Shown here piece after piece: positions 1 to 11,069 of a DNA stretch of 59,524 bases. The notes under the pieces were generated by a model that saw only the letters and a program-made list of their open reading frames with translations, searched no databases and was not told the DNA's origin. Source of the DNA: Pseudomonadota bacterium (lineage in GTDB: Bacteria; Pseudomonadota; Alphaproteobacteria; Sphingomonadales; Sphingomonadaceae); NCBI GenBank assembly GCA_041170745.1, contig JBEDNE010000075.1, positions 1-59,524 on the forward strand, given 5' to 3'. The position numbers and the translations under genes were made by a program. Position 1 is the first letter of the stretch; the number at the start of each line of letters is the position of its first letter.

Positions 1-1
1 G

Positions 2-850
2 TTCAGATGGGCTCGGGGACACGCGGATCCCAGCGGCTTCCATTGCGGCGATCTTGCTTTCCGCGTCGCCCTTGCCGCCCGACACGATGGCGCCGGCATG
101 GCCCATGCGGCGGCCCGGAGGCGCCGTGCGGCCCGCGATAAAGCCGGCCATCGGCTTTTTGCGGCCGCGCTTGGCTTCGTCGATCAGGAATTGTGCGGCT
201 TCTTCTTCCGCAGAGCCCCCAATTTCACCAATCATGATGATCGACTGCGTCGCATCATCCGCCAAAAAGGCTTCAAGGCAGTCAATAAAGTTGGTGCCGT
301 TCACAGGGTCACCGCCAATGCCCACAGCCGTTGTCTGGCCAAGGCCTTCCGCCGTGGTCTGGAACACGGCTTCATAGGTCAGCGTGCCCGAGCGCGAGAC
401 AACGCCAACCGAGCCCTTGGAGAAGATGTTGCCCGGCATAATGCCAATCTTGCACTCACCCGGCGTCAGAACACCGGGGCAGTTCGGGCCAATAAGGCGC
501 GATTTGGAACCGGAAAGCGCACGCTTCACCTTCACCATGTCAAGCACCGGAATGCCCTCGGTGATGCAAACGATCAGCGGCACTTCCGCATCAATGGCTT
601 CAAGGATCGAGTCAGCCGCAAAGGGCGGCGGCACGTAAATAACCGAAGCGTCAGCGCCAGTCTTGGTGACAGCTTCAGCAACCGTATCAAATACCGGCAG
701 GCCGATATGCGTTGTGCCGCCCTTGCCCGGCGTTACGCCGCCCACCATCTGCGTGCCATAATCGAGCGCAGCCTGGGTATGAAAAGTCCCCGTGTCGCCC
801 GTCATCCCCTGCGTGATGACCTTGGTGTTCTTATTGACGAAAATGCTCAT
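2..850 (-). CDS. sucD: Succinate--CoA ligase alpha subunit (3' end runs off window)
   Basis: Manual translation from ATG at 850: [19 protein letters not shown]; LIGPNCPG; [10 protein letters not shown]; RMGHAGA (phospho-His). Absent from the ORF track because the stop lies outside the window. Confidence 0.95.
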   Translation of the reverse strand, partial: MSIFVNKNTKVITQGMTGDTGTFHTQAALDYGTQMVGGVTPGKGGTTHIGLPVFDTVAEAVTKTGADASVIYVPPPFAADSILEAIDAEVPLIVCITEGIPVLDMVKVKRALSGSKSRLIGPNCPGVLTPGECKIGIMPGNIFSKGSVGVVSRSGTLTYEAVFQTTAEGLGQTTAVGIGGDPVNGTNFIDCLEAFLADDATQSIIMIGEIGGSAEEEAAQFLIDEAKRGRKKPMAGFIAGRTAPPGRRMGHAGAIVSGGKGDAESKIAAMEAAGIRVSPSPSE

Positions 851-882
851 TGCGCTCTCCCGATCCTAAATATCGCCGCGGC

Positions 883-1878
<996 letters not shown>

Positions 1879-1945
1879 TTAGGCCCGCGCTTAGGCCCGT
1901 TTGATCTGCCTGACAACCGCATAATGCCTCAAAGTTAAGAGTTTT

Positions 1946-1964
1946 TGTGCAACTCATTCGCAAT
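1946..1964. promoter_or_regulatory. Putative alphaproteobacterial Fur-type box
   Basis: TGTGCAAC-TCA-TTCGCAAT (TGC-N9-GCA) in the mdh/dsbA divergent region. Confidence 0.45.
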
Positions 1965-2059
1965 AGCAGTTATTCAACCAGAGGATCGCAATTTTTCGCA
2001 TTTCCGCTTTATCGCACTTTGGTCTACTCTGCTGGGGAGACTGACAGGGAGACGGATAA

Positions 2060-2719
2060 ATGACTGCGCCAGCCCAGCTTTCCATTGATATTGTGTCCGA
2101 TGTCGTCTGCCCTTGGTGCGCCATTGGCTATAAACAGCTTGAGCGCGCAATCGGCCTCATGGGCGATCGGGTTGATGTGGGTGTGCGCTGGCATCCTTTT
2201 CAGTTGGCGCCCTATCTTGATGCAGATGGCCAGAATATTGGCGACTATGGCCGCGAACGCTATGGCGCCTCGCCTGAGCAATCCGCGGCGAACCGCACCA
2301 GCATTCAATCGGCAGGGGCGCCTTTGGGCCTTGAATTTAACTATTCGTCTGACAGCCGCATCTACAATACGCGCAAAGCGCACCGCCTATTGGCTTGGGC
2401 GGGAGAAACAGGCGGTCAGACCACGCTCAAACTGGCGCTGTTTCAAGCTTATTTTAAAGACCAGCTCAATATTTCTGACGATACCGTCCTCTTGAATGTC
2501 GCCGAGGCCGCAGGCTTTGATCGGGCTGCGGCAGAAACTGCCCTTGCCGACCCGCGCTATGAAGAACAAGTCGCCCAAGAGATTCACTATTGGGATATGC
2601 AGAATATCACAGGCGTGCCCGCCTTCATTATCAATGGCAAATATATGATCCCCGGCGCACAAGAAGCCGAAACCTTTGTCCGCGTCTTTGAAAAGGTTCT
2701 GGAAAAAGAAGCCGCCTGA
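2060..2719 (+). CDS. DsbA family (FrnE-like) oxidoreductase
   Basis: SDVVCPWC active site; GVPAFII cis-Pro loop; no signal peptide. Confidence 0.9.
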   Translation: MTAPAQLSIDIVSDVVCPWCAIGYKQLERAIGLMGDRVDVGVRWHPFQLAPYLDADGQNIGDYGRERYGASPEQSAANRTSIQSAGAPLGLEFNYSSDSRIYNTRKAHRLLAWAGETGGQTTLKLALFQAYFKDQLNISDDTVLLNVAEAAGFDRAAAETALADPRYEEQVAQEIHYWDMQNITGVPAFIINGKYMIPGAQEAETFVRVFEKVLEKEAA

Positions 2720-2723
2720 TCGC

Positions 2724-2786
2724 GCTCCGGGTTTGGCCCGGAGCAGACCTGATCTGACCTCTTAGGCTCCCGCCCAAGGCCGGAGC
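2724..2786. repeat. Pair of inverted REP-like 21-bp hairpins between convergent genes (possible bidirectional terminator)
   Basis: GCTCCGGG-TTTGG-CCCGGAGC (2724-2744, +) and GCTCCGGC-CTTGG-GCGGGAGC (2766-2786, -). Confidence 0.55.
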
Positions 2787-2809
2787 ACTGCCCGAGTTCT
2801 CTTCCCGTC

Positions 2810-4195
2810 TTATTGCGCGAGTGCTTTCACCATCTCGTGCCAATGGTCGAGATCTTCATAGAAGCTCTTGACGGGAATACGTTCATCCTTGCCATGCGCA
2901 CGCTCATCTTCTGGGCTGATGATCCACGCGCCAGACACCCCGTAAACGGGCATTCCAGTCGCGCGAAAGAAGAGGCCATCGGTCGCGCCCGTCGACATTT
3001 GCGGCACTATATCAACGCCCGGATGCCGCTTATGAATGCTGGACGTGAACACCTTTAAGATATCAGCACGCAGCGGCGATGGCGGCGACGGCGTGGACGA
3101 GCCAAATGGCTCAACGGTGACGCTAGAGCCAATCGCCGCTTGCAATTCCGCTTGCACCGCCCGCGCCTCTACACCCGGGAAGATCCGACAATTGACCAGC
3201 GCACGCGCTGTCTGCGGCAAGGCATTATCGGCATGTCCGCCTTCCAGCCGCGTGGCAACGCAGCGTGTGCGTGTCATCGCGACTTCGAGAGGATCAGCTT
3301 CAATGACGTCCGCTGCAGCACCATCGGCTTCATTCGCAAGCCAGCGGCGCATCGCATCGCCCAGCGGCCCCTTTTCCTGCTTCTGCCGGAATTGGAAATA
3401 GGCCCGTGTTGTTTCATTCAGCATCGGCGCAAACCGGTGCGCTTCCAGCTTTTTCAGCGCTGTTGCCAGATCATAAATGGCATTATCCGCGCGCGGGCGA
3501 CTGCTGTGGCCGCCGGGGTTGCGGGCCGTGAGGGTAAAGCTTTGGAACATCTTTTCAGATGTTTGGACCCCAAATCCCAAAGGCGCCCCGTCTTTGGTAA
3601 AGGCCCCGCCGCCCGCATCGGCATTCAACGCAAATTCGGCATCCACCAGCTTGCGCCATTCGGTCGACGCCAGCCGAGCGCCCTCCCCGTCTGTTTCCTC
3701 ATCGCCTGAAAAGAACACGATAATGTCACGCTTGGGCTGGAACCCTTCAGCCTTTAGGCGCAGCAAAGCATGGGTAATGGCAACAATGCCATTCTTCATA
3801 TCGGTCGTGCCGCGACCATAAAAATAGCCGTCTTCTTCGACCATCTTAAACGGATCACGCGGCCAATCTTCGCGCTTGGCATCCACCACATCCATATGGC
3901 CGAGAAGCAACATTGGCTGTGCCTTGGGCGTTCCCTTGGCTTTCCAACGGACGATCAGCGCTTGCGTGCCTGCATAATCCTTCACCACAATGTCAGAAAA
4001 GCCGCCCTTCTCAAATTCACTTTTGAGATAAGCGACATACTTTTTCACCTCTTCAGGGCGCGTGGTGACAGACGGAATATTTATAGAGTTCTCCAGCAGT
4101 TCTCGCCCTTTGGCTTGCCAATCGACCGCTGAGGATGCCGCAGAAGCAGGTGCCGCAAGCGTTAGGGCAGACGCTGCAAGAAGAAGTGAACGCAT
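2810..4195 (-). CDS. M20/M25/M40 family metallopeptidase/amidohydrolase, exported
   Basis: Signal peptide; GHMDVV, GRGTTDMK, DEE, GGHSS, ERAHGKDE motifs. Confidence 0.9.
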   Translation of the reverse strand: MRSLLLAASALTLAAPASAASSAVDWQAKGRELLENSINIPSVTTRPEEVKKYVAYLKSEFEKGGFSDIVVKDYAGTQALIVRWKAKGTPKAQPMLLLGHMDVVDAKREDWPRDPFKMVEEDGYFYGRGTTDMKNGIVAITHALLRLKAEGFQPKRDIIVFFSGDEETDGEGARLASTEWRKLVDAEFALNADAGGGAFTKDGAPLGFGVQTSEKMFQSFTLTARNPGGHSSRPRADNAIYDLATALKKLEAHRFAPMLNETTRAYFQFRQKQEKGPLGDAMRRWLANEADGAAADVIEADPLEVAMTRTRCVATRLEGGHADNALPQTARALVNCRIFPGVEARAVQAELQAAIGSSVTVEPFGSSTPSPPSPLRADILKVFTSSIHKRHPGVDIVPQMSTGATDGLFFRATGMPVYGVSGAWIISPEDERAHGKDERIPVKSFYEDLDHWHEMVKALAQ

Positions 4196-4237
4196 GGCAA
4201 TGTCCTCATATAATATGTGCCCAGCCTAGCGGCGAAA

Positions 4238-5350
4238 TCAAGATTCGCCATGGCCTTCGGCGAGATAGTCCAGACTTTGCATTTCCATGAGGCGTGACAC
4301 CGTTCGCTCAAACTCAAAACGGCCATCACCCTGCATATAGAGTTCAGTCGGTGCGGCATCTGCTGCGGCAATAAGTTTAACCTTATGCTCATAGAGCGCA
4401 TCAATCAGCGTCACAAAACGCGCCGCCTCATTCCTATTTTCCGGCCCAAGCTTGGGAATGCCGACCAGAATGACGCTGTGATAATGGCGGGCAATGCTCA
4501 GATAATCCGGTGCGCCGCGCGCCTCGACACAGAGGCGCTTGAAGGAAAAAACAGCCACGCCTTTCAGGCTCTTGGGGACATGAAGTATCCGCCCCCCACC
4601 AACATCCAGCTCCTCAGATGGCACATGGGCGGCATCTTCGGGCGGATAATCCGTCAGTCGGAAGAACGCCTCTCGGCACGCTTCAGTCGCCGCCGCGCCC
4701 AATGGGCTATGCCATGTGGCCATACCCGCCAATCGCTCAAGCCGATAATCGGTCGGGCCATTCAGCGTCAGCACGTCTAGCCGATTTTCAATCAGAGCAA
4801 TAAAGGGCAAGAAATGTTCACGGTTCAGCCCGTCTTTATACAAGTCCTTCGGCGCGCGATTTGAGGTGGTGACGATGACCACGCCCGCCTCAATCAACCC
4901 AGTAAACAGCCGCGACATAATCATCGCATCGGCGCTATTATTCACGACCATTTCATCGAAACACAGGCAGCGTGTTTCAGCCGCAATGGCTGCAACCACA
5001 GGCTGAATGGGGTCCCCCTGCTCCTTCGCCCGCTCAACGCGCAGCCGTGCGTGAATTTCGAGCATGAATTCATGAAAATGTGCGCGGCGCTTATTCGGCA
5101 TCGCCAGACAGGCAAAAAACAAATCCATCAGCATGGATTTGCCACGCCCCACATTGCCCCACAGATAAAGGCCGCGTGGGGCCTGAGATTCGCCACCAAA
5201 AAGCCGATTTAAAAGGCCCTTTTTCGCAGGCTGCGCTTCCAATTGCTGTTGTAATTGCGTGAGGCGTTGGGCCGCCGCTTCTTGCTCAGTATCGGGCTTT
5301 AACTCGCCAGCGGCCACAAGCGACCGATAGCGATCAATCACCAACGTCAC
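4238..5350 (-). CDS. zapE: AFG1-family ATPase / cell division protein ZapE
   Basis: GLYLWGNVGRGKS Walker A, CFDE Walker B, TSNRAP, RFVTLIDALYE, FERTVSRL. Confidence 0.92.
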   Translation of the reverse strand: MTLVIDRYRSLVAAGELKPDTEQEAAAQRLTQLQQQLEAQPAKKGLLNRLFGGESQAPRGLYLWGNVGRGKSMLMDLFFACLAMPNKRRAHFHEFMLEIHARLRVERAKEQGDPIQPVVAAIAAETRCLCFDEMVVNNSADAMIMSRLFTGLIEAGVVIVTTSNRAPKDLYKDGLNREHFLPFIALIENRLDVLTLNGPTDYRLERLAGMATWHSPLGAAATEACREAFFRLTDYPPEDAAHVPSEELDVGGGRILHVPKSLKGVAVFSFKRLCVEARGAPDYLSIARHYHSVILVGIPKLGPENRNEAARFVTLIDALYEHKVKLIAAADAAPTELYMQGDGRFEFERTVSRLMEMQSLDYLAEGHGES

Positions 5351-5823
5351 TGACTACGGCCCTTGCGGATGGTGGCCGCAAAGGCGGCAACCTTATGCTC
5401 GCCCTGCTCCACAATCCCGCGCAGAAAGACCAGACGGTTGGTTTCCTTCAACACTTCCGCCACGGCATCCATTGGGCGGTCGGGATAGCCGCCGCCAATA
5501 AACTGGGTAGACAAGTCCAGCGTGACAGAGCCTTCCATGCCTTTCAGACCCAGCATGTGGCCACAGGCGAACAGCGAGATATCAATAAGCGACAAAGTCG
5601 TCGCGCCATGAATGATATCCAGCAAATTGGTGTGCTTAAGCTCTGGGAACATCCGCAAGCGGACCGCGCCATTGGCCTCAACGCGCGTGATGAGCTTACC
5701 CATCACTTGCGCGTTAAAACGGCGCGTGTCCTTCAAATCCCAGCGGTGCCAGCCCGGATTCTCCGGGTCTGGCGCGTTTACAAAGGCAGCCTCTTCCTGC
5801 GCCGCAACTGTACTGTCCGACAT
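5347..5823 (-). CDS. PaaI family (hotdog) thioesterase
   Basis: N..IIHG....LID motif; overlapping start/stop with sdhB and zapE. Confidence 0.8.
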   Translation of the reverse strand: MSDSTVAAQEEAAFVNAPDPENPGWHRWDLKDTRRFNAQVMGKLITRVEANGAVRLRMFPELKHTNLLDIIHGATTLSLIDISLFACGHMLGLKGMEGSVTLDLSTQFIGGGYPDRPMDAVAEVLKETNRLVFLRGIVEQGEHKVAAFAATIRKGRSQ

Positions 5824-6605
5824 CAGATGGCGCGCTCGGCGACCATCTTCTTCGTTTCGGCAATTGCCTTAGCCGGGTTCAGACCCTTGGGGCACACATT
5901 GGCGCAGTTCATAATGGTGTGGCAGCGATAGAGGCGGAAGGGATCTTCCAACTCATCCAGGCGCTCACCCGTGAACTCATCGCGGCTATCGGCCAGCCAG
6001 CGATAGGCCTGCAGCAAAATGGCTGGGCCCAAGAACTTGTCAGAATTCCACCAATAGCTGGGGCAGCTGGTGGAGCAGCAGGCGCACAAAATGCACTCAT
6101 ACAGGCCATCCAGCTTTGCGCGATCTTCCGGCGATTGCAGGCGCTCTTTGCCCGAAGGCGTGGTCGTCTTGGTCTTCAGCCACGGCTCAATCGACGCATA
6201 TTGTGCATAGAAATGCTTAAAGTCGGGGACCAAATCCTTAATGACTTCCATATGCGGCAGTGGCGTGATGCGCACTTCCCCTCCGCATTCCTCAATGGAC
6301 TTGGTGCAGGCCAGCGTGTTGGTGCCGTTAATATTCATCGAGCAGGAACCGCAAATTCCTTCGCGGCACGAGCGACGGAAAGTCAGCGACGAATCTTGCT
6401 CTGATTTGATTTTGATCAGCGCGTCGAGAACCATCGGGCCGCAATTATCGAGATCAACCTCGAAATTGTCATAACGCGGGTTTTCCCCACTATCAGGGTC
6501 GTAACGGTAGACTTTAAAGGATTTCGGGCGCGATGCCCCCTCGGCCTTGTGGACCTTGCCGTTCTTAGTGATCCTGCTGTTTGCAGGAAGGCGGAATTCA
6601 GCCAT
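5823..6605 (-). CDS. sdhB: Succinate dehydrogenase iron-sulfur subunit
   Basis: [34 protein letters not shown] Fe-S motifs. Confidence 0.97.
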   Translation of the reverse strand: MAEFRLPANSRITKNGKVHKAEGASRPKSFKVYRYDPDSGENPRYDNFEVDLDNCGPMVLDALIKIKSEQDSSLTFRRSCREGICGSCSMNINGTNTLACTKSIEECGGEVRITPLPHMEVIKDLVPDFKHFYAQYASIEPWLKTKTTTPSGKERLQSPEDRAKLDGLYECILCACCSTSCPSYWWNSDKFLGPAILLQAYRWLADSRDEFTGERLDELEDPFRLYRCHTIMNCANVCPKGLNPAKAIAETKKMVAERAI

Positions 6606-6635
6606 GACTAAAACCCCTGACGATTAATGAGAATG

Positions 6636-6663
6636 CCGATAGCGGGATGATGCGGAAGGTCAA
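6636..6663 (-). promoter_or_regulatory. Putative sigma70 promoter for sdhB
   Basis: Minus strand TTGACC-N16-TATCGG about 30 nt upstream of the sdhB ATG. Confidence 0.4.
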
Positions 6664-6694
6664 CCATCTCGCGCGTGATATTTCAATTTAGCTG

Positions 6695-7006
6695 CTAGAA
6701 ACGATCTCCACGGACCACATCTACATCTCCCAACGTGACCAGAAGGCCGTATTCATCAAGATGCGGCGCCAACACATCAAGAAACGCGTCCGCTTTCTCG
6801 CTGCTTGCAATGGCAATGAACAGGCGTTTGGCAACAGCGCCAGACACATCCTCATCGCGCCAAGAACCGCCCTGCCCAGCCCCAGCAGCAAGGCTTGCCA
6901 GACTATGATGGACAATCCCCACTTGGCTCGCCCGTTCAGCAAGCCATTCACACAAAGGGGCATCTGCCATCACTTCGATCCGCTTGCGCTTAACCAATTG
7001 AACCAT
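6695..7006 (-). CDS. PII-like regulator (SbtB-like)
   Basis: 103 aa; KRIEV N-terminus, G.G..G loop, C-terminal VVRGDRF; immediately downstream of an SbtA-like gene. Confidence 0.75.
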   Translation of the reverse strand: MVQLVKRKRIEVMADAPLCEWLAERASQVGIVHHSLASLAAGAGQGGSWRDEDVSGAVAKRLFIAIASSEKADAFLDVLAPHLDEYGLLVTLGDVDVVRGDRF

Positions 7007-7015
7007 TTGCGCCTC

Positions 7016-7978
7016 CTAACCGGCAAAGCGAGCGGCCAGAGCCGCAAATAACGGAATGCCAACAACAATATTGAACGGGAAGGTCACTGCCAATGACATC
7101 GAGAGATAAATCCCTGGATCTGCCTTAGGCAGGGCCATCCGCATGGCTGCGGGCACAGCAATATAGGACGCACTGGCCGCAAGCATTGCAAATGCAGCAA
7201 CCGTCCCAGCATCCAGCCCCAGCACCGCACCAATGGCAAGGCCAAAACTGCCATTGATCAGCGGCAGCGCGATGCCCAGGCTCGCCAGCCGCAGCGTCAT
7301 CGCACGGCTTTCACGCAGGCGGCGGACGGCGATTAGCCCCATGTCCAGCAGGAAGAGGCACAAAACCCCCGAAAAGCCTGTGGTAAAGACAGGCGCAATT
7401 GCCTCATATTTGTCCTTGCCGACAATCAGGCCAACAGCAAAAGCCCCCAGCAACAGAACGACCGAGCCGTTCAGGAACACCTCGCGCCACAAATGGCTGC
7501 CCGGCGCATCTGGAGATCGCTTTAATCCGCTTTGCGCCAGCAACAGTCCGGTCAAAATGGCAGGCGTCTCCATCAGCGCCAAAACGGCGACCATATAGCC
7601 TTCAGGCGGCGTTCCAGATCGACTGAGCGCTTCGCTCGCGGTGACAAAGGTAACAATGCTCACCGATCCATAATGGGCCGCGACAGCCCCAGAATTGAGC
7701 CGGTCAAGCCCACCCCAGCTGCGCAGCAATGCAAAGGCAATAAACGGGAGCGAAAAGCTTAACACCACGCCAGCAAGGCCCGCTGACAACATTTCCGGAT
7801 GAAACCCAGCCGAAGAGACTTGCACGCCCCCCTTCAAGCCAATCGCTGCCATCAGATAAAGTGACATCCCCTTGGCAATAGGCTCAGGCACCGAGAGATC
7901 AGATCGGACTGCCGCTGCAAGTGCACCCAGCACAAAGAACAAAATCACGGGCGACAGCAAGGTATCAACAGCACTCAA
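7016..7978 (-). CDS. Sodium-dependent bicarbonate transport family permease (SbtA-like)
   Basis: About 10 TM segments; AIGLKGG, AAHYGSVS, METPAI, FLLDMG, SASYIAVPAAMR, TFPFNI signatures; TTG start. Confidence 0.88.
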   Translation of the reverse strand: MSAVDTLLSPVILFFVLGALAAAVRSDLSVPEPIAKGMSLYLMAAIGLKGGVQVSSAGFHPEMLSAGLAGVVLSFSLPFIAFALLRSWGGLDRLNSGAVAAHYGSVSIVTFVTASEALSRSGTPPEGYMVAVLALMETPAILTGLLLAQSGLKRSPDAPGSHLWREVFLNGSVVLLLGAFAVGLIVGKDKYEAIAPVFTTGFSGVLCLFLLDMGLIAVRRLRESRAMTLRLASLGIALPLINGSFGLAIGAVLGLDAGTVAAFAMLAASASYIAVPAAMRMALPKADPGIYLSMSLAVTFPFNIVVGIPLFAALAARFAG

Positions 7979-8073
7979 AGCAAAAGCTCCCCGCTAGAAT
8001 TAAGCTCTCTCAACGCCCGTCTATTGTCGAGCCCTTGCCAGCCGTCAACCAGACTGGCACTGATCTTTTGGTT

Positions 8074-9315
8074 ATGTCTCAAAGCCGTCATCTTTCGCTC
8101 GACGCGCTCCGTGGCTTTGCGGTCATGGGCATTTTGGTGATGAATATCATTGCCTTTGCCATGCCCATGTCGGCCTACACCAACCCAATGGCCTATGGCA
8201 CACATGGCTTTGCAGATCTTGTTGCCTGGGGCGCCGCCTTTGTGTTGATTGATGGAAAGATGCGGGGGCTGTTCTCGCTGCTTTTTGGCGCCTCGCTGCT
8301 TTTGGTGATTGATCGTGCAGAGGCCCAGGGGCAAAATGCGGCTCAAATCCATTATCGGCGCATGGGCTGGCTTCTCATTCTTGGGCTGCTCCATGCATGG
8401 TTCATTTGGGATGGGGATATATTGGCGCTCTATGCGCTGTGCGGCATGGCCGTATATCTACTGCGCCACATGGCGCCAAAGCAGTTAGCGATCACTGGGA
8501 GCCTTTTAGTCCTCGGCAATTTACTGATCTGGTGCGCAATTTTGCTAACTGCACATGCCCTGCGGCAAGACGCCCTGCTGGCCAATACCGAAGCGGCGCG
8601 TGCAACCTATGCTGAAATGGCCGATGCTTTGGGGGCACCAGAAGGTGCCAGCATTGCCAAAGATCTGCATAATCACCAAGCCAGCTATCTCGCTCTCACC
8701 AAAGAACGGCTCGGAACCTTTGTCAGCGGCCCCCTAGAATTCTTCTTTGGCTATGGGCTGGAGACACTGGGGCTCATGGCATGGGGTATGGCGCTCTTCA
8801 AATCTGGCGCACTCACGGGGCAATGGTCGCGCCATAAGCTGATGCGCAAGGCGCTTATGGCTTATGGACTGGGCTTGCCAGCCTCGCTTGCGCTGGCCTT
8901 ATTGGCCAACCACTCTGGCTTTGAGACGCTTTTAACCGCTGACATTTATTTTGCGCTGAACACCCCGGCGCGTATGGCGGTGATGCTGGGGCATATCTTT
9001 GCTCTAACGGCACTAATCGGCGCGGCAAATGCCTCTGGTCCTTGGTTGGTTCGTGTGGCGGCTGCCGGGCGAATGGCATTTTCCAACTACATCCTCACAT
9101 CACTCCTCATGACGACGTTATTCTACGGCTATGGCTTTGGCCTTTATGGTCAAGTGTCACGGACGCAGGCGTATTTGGCCGTCCCGTTGGTTTGGGCCGT
9201 GATGCTCATCTGGTCGCCCTTGTGGCTCCGTCATTTTGCCTATGGGCCGTTGGAATGGCTGTGGCGCAGCCTCGCGCGCGGCTCCAGACAGCCCTTTCGG
9301 CTTAAGCCAAGCTAA
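8074..9315 (+). CDS. DUF418 (YeiB-like) membrane protein
   Basis: LDALRGFAVMGI, FSLLFG, GDIL..YA, GRMAFSNY, YGPLEWLWR; start moved to ATG 8074. Confidence 0.85.
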   Translation: MSQSRHLSLDALRGFAVMGILVMNIIAFAMPMSAYTNPMAYGTHGFADLVAWGAAFVLIDGKMRGLFSLLFGASLLLVIDRAEAQGQNAAQIHYRRMGWLLILGLLHAWFIWDGDILALYALCGMAVYLLRHMAPKQLAITGSLLVLGNLLIWCAILLTAHALRQDALLANTEAARATYAEMADALGAPEGASIAKDLHNHQASYLALTKERLGTFVSGPLEFFFGYGLETLGLMAWGMALFKSGALTGQWSRHKLMRKALMAYGLGLPASLALALLANHSGFETLLTADIYFALNTPARMAVMLGHIFALTALIGAANASGPWLVRVAAAGRMAFSNYILTSLLMTTLFYGYGFGLYGQVSRTQAYLAVPLVWAVMLIWSPLWLRHFAYGPLEWLWRSLARGSRQPFRLKPS

Positions 9316-10390
9316 CGCGCCCGCCGGCATGGCGTTCGAGCCGACCTGCCAGATCAAGCTCCAACAATAGCATCTGCACACTGCCAACCGGCAAGCCTGA
9401 TTGGCGCACCAGTTCATCGACCAAAACTGGCACTGGCGATAACAGGCTGATCATCGTTTGTCGGGCAAAATCATCGGGATCAGCAGCCTCTCGAGGCTCT
9501 TCTATTCCTGAGATATTTTGTGAAATACGATTATCAAAAATCTGAATTTGTTCGATAATATCTGTCGCTGTCTGAACAAGAATGGCGCCCTCGCGGATCA
9601 ATTGGTTGCATCCTTGGGCGCGTGGATCAAGCGGAGAGCCCGGAACAGCCATTACATCCCGCCCTGCGTCTGCTGCCAATCTTGCCGTGATGAGCGACCC
9701 TGATTTTGGGGCCGCCTCGACAACCACTGTCCCTTGCGCCAAGCCTGCGATAATCCGGTTACGCGCTGGAAAATGCCGGGCAAGTGGCTCACGCCCCGGT
9801 GGATATTCAGTCAATATCAAGCCAGAAACGGCCATTTTTTCTTGCAGCTCTGCATTTTCAGGCGGGTAAGCAATGTCGATCCCATTGGCGATGACCCCAA
9901 TTGTTCCACCCTCCAGCGCGCCAATATGCGCCTGCGTATCAATGCCCCGCGCTAGACCTGAGACAATGACAATCCCTTGTCGGGCCAAATCAGCGGCAAG
10001 GCCGCGCGCAAATCGGCACGCAGCCGCGGACGCATTGCGCGCGCCAACCAATGCAACGCTCGGTTTATGTGCCAATTGGGGATCACCGCGCGCGATCAGG
10101 GCGGGTGGCGCGCCCTCCATCTCCTGCAACAAAGGAGGATAATCTTTATCGTTCAGAAAGATATGGCGTGCCCCCAAGCCTTCGACCCGCGCCAGCTCGG
10201 CACGCACCTCGGCTTCAGTTGCCAGACGTGGGGCAGGTCCTCCGCCCCGCGCCGCCAATTTGGGCAGCGCCTCTAAAGCCGCAGCCGCCGTCCCAAATCT
10301 TTGAATAAGCTGACTATAAGAGACAGGACCAATTTTTGCCGAACGGATGAGCCGGAGTTTATCCAGCCGATCCTGCTCGGCCCCAGTCAT
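9302..10390 (-). CDS. dprA: DNA-processing protein DprA
   Basis: VGARNAS, SGLARGID, FPARNRIIAGL, SGSLITA, GCNQLIREGA. Confidence 0.95.
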   Translation of the reverse strand: MTGAEQDRLDKLRLIRSAKIGPVSYSQLIQRFGTAAAALEALPKLAARGGGPAPRLATEAEVRAELARVEGLGARHIFLNDKDYPPLLQEMEGAPPALIARGDPQLAHKPSVALVGARNASAAACRFARGLAADLARQGIVIVSGLARGIDTQAHIGALEGGTIGVIANGIDIAYPPENAELQEKMAVSGLILTEYPPGREPLARHFPARNRIIAGLAQGTVVVEAAPKSGSLITARLAADAGRDVMAVPGSPLDPRAQGCNQLIREGAILVQTATDIIEQIQIFDNRISQNISGIEEPREAADPDDFARQTMISLLSPVPVLVDELVRQSGLPVGSVQMLLLELDLAGRLERHAGGRVSLA

Positions 10391-10995
10391 GCGGATTTCT
10401 GTCCGATACGCGGCTCTGTGCCAGCGAGAAGCCGCCGGATATTGGCTTCATGCTTCCACAACACGGCAAGCGCCAAAACCAAGAGAAGGATCGAAAAATG
10501 TGTGCTTCCAAGAGCATAAGCTGCGATTGGAGCTGATACTGCGGCAACCATCCCGCCAACTGAAGAAATCCGGGTAACCGCCATCCCCCCCAGCCAAGCC
10601 AGCGCAAAAATCAGACCGACGCGCCAATCGAGAATGAGGCAAAGGCCCAAAAGCGTTGCCACGCCCTTCCCGCCCTTAAATTTCAGCCAGACGGGATAAA
10701 GATGCCCAAAAAATGCGCCTGCCGCGGCAATAAGCTCAAGCTCAGACCCTGAAGACGACGTCATGGCCCGCGCGATAAGCACGGCCGCCACAGCTTTTAG
10801 CGCATCCAGAATAAGCGTCGCCGCAGCCAAGCCTTTGCGGCCTGTACGCAGCACATTGGTCGCCCCAATATTGCCAGACCCAATTTGCCGAATATCCCCC
10901 GCACCAAATGCCCGCGTGAGCACCACGCCAAAAGGAATGGAACCCAGAAGATAGCCAAGGAACAGCGCCGCAACGGGCCAAATCCATAATGGCAT
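10387..10995 (-). CDS. plsY: Glycerol-3-phosphate acyltransferase PlsY
   Basis: YLLGSIPFG, GSGNIGATNVLR, FKGGKGVAT, H..NI.RL..G.E; GGAGG RBS before ATG 10995. Confidence 0.95.
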   Translation of the reverse strand: MPLWIWPVAALFLGYLLGSIPFGVVLTRAFGAGDIRQIGSGNIGATNVLRTGRKGLAAATLILDALKAVAAVLIARAMTSSSGSELELIAAAGAFFGHLYPVWLKFKGGKGVATLLGLCLILDWRVGLIFALAWLGGMAVTRISSVGGMVAAVSAPIAAYALGSTHFSILLLVLALAVLWKHEANIRRLLAGTEPRIGQKSA

Positions 10996-11069
10996 CGACA
11001 CCCCTCCAGTTGATGCTTGCCTGTTTCTAGGGTTTGATAGAGCGAGCATTTATGCAAGGGCAAGCAATA

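Noticed and set aside
7921-8073. N-terminal extension of the DUF418 ORF (likewise hemA, mreB, fdsA, moaA, plsY extensions)
   Set aside because: They overlap neighbouring genes or promoters; family homology begins at downstream starts.
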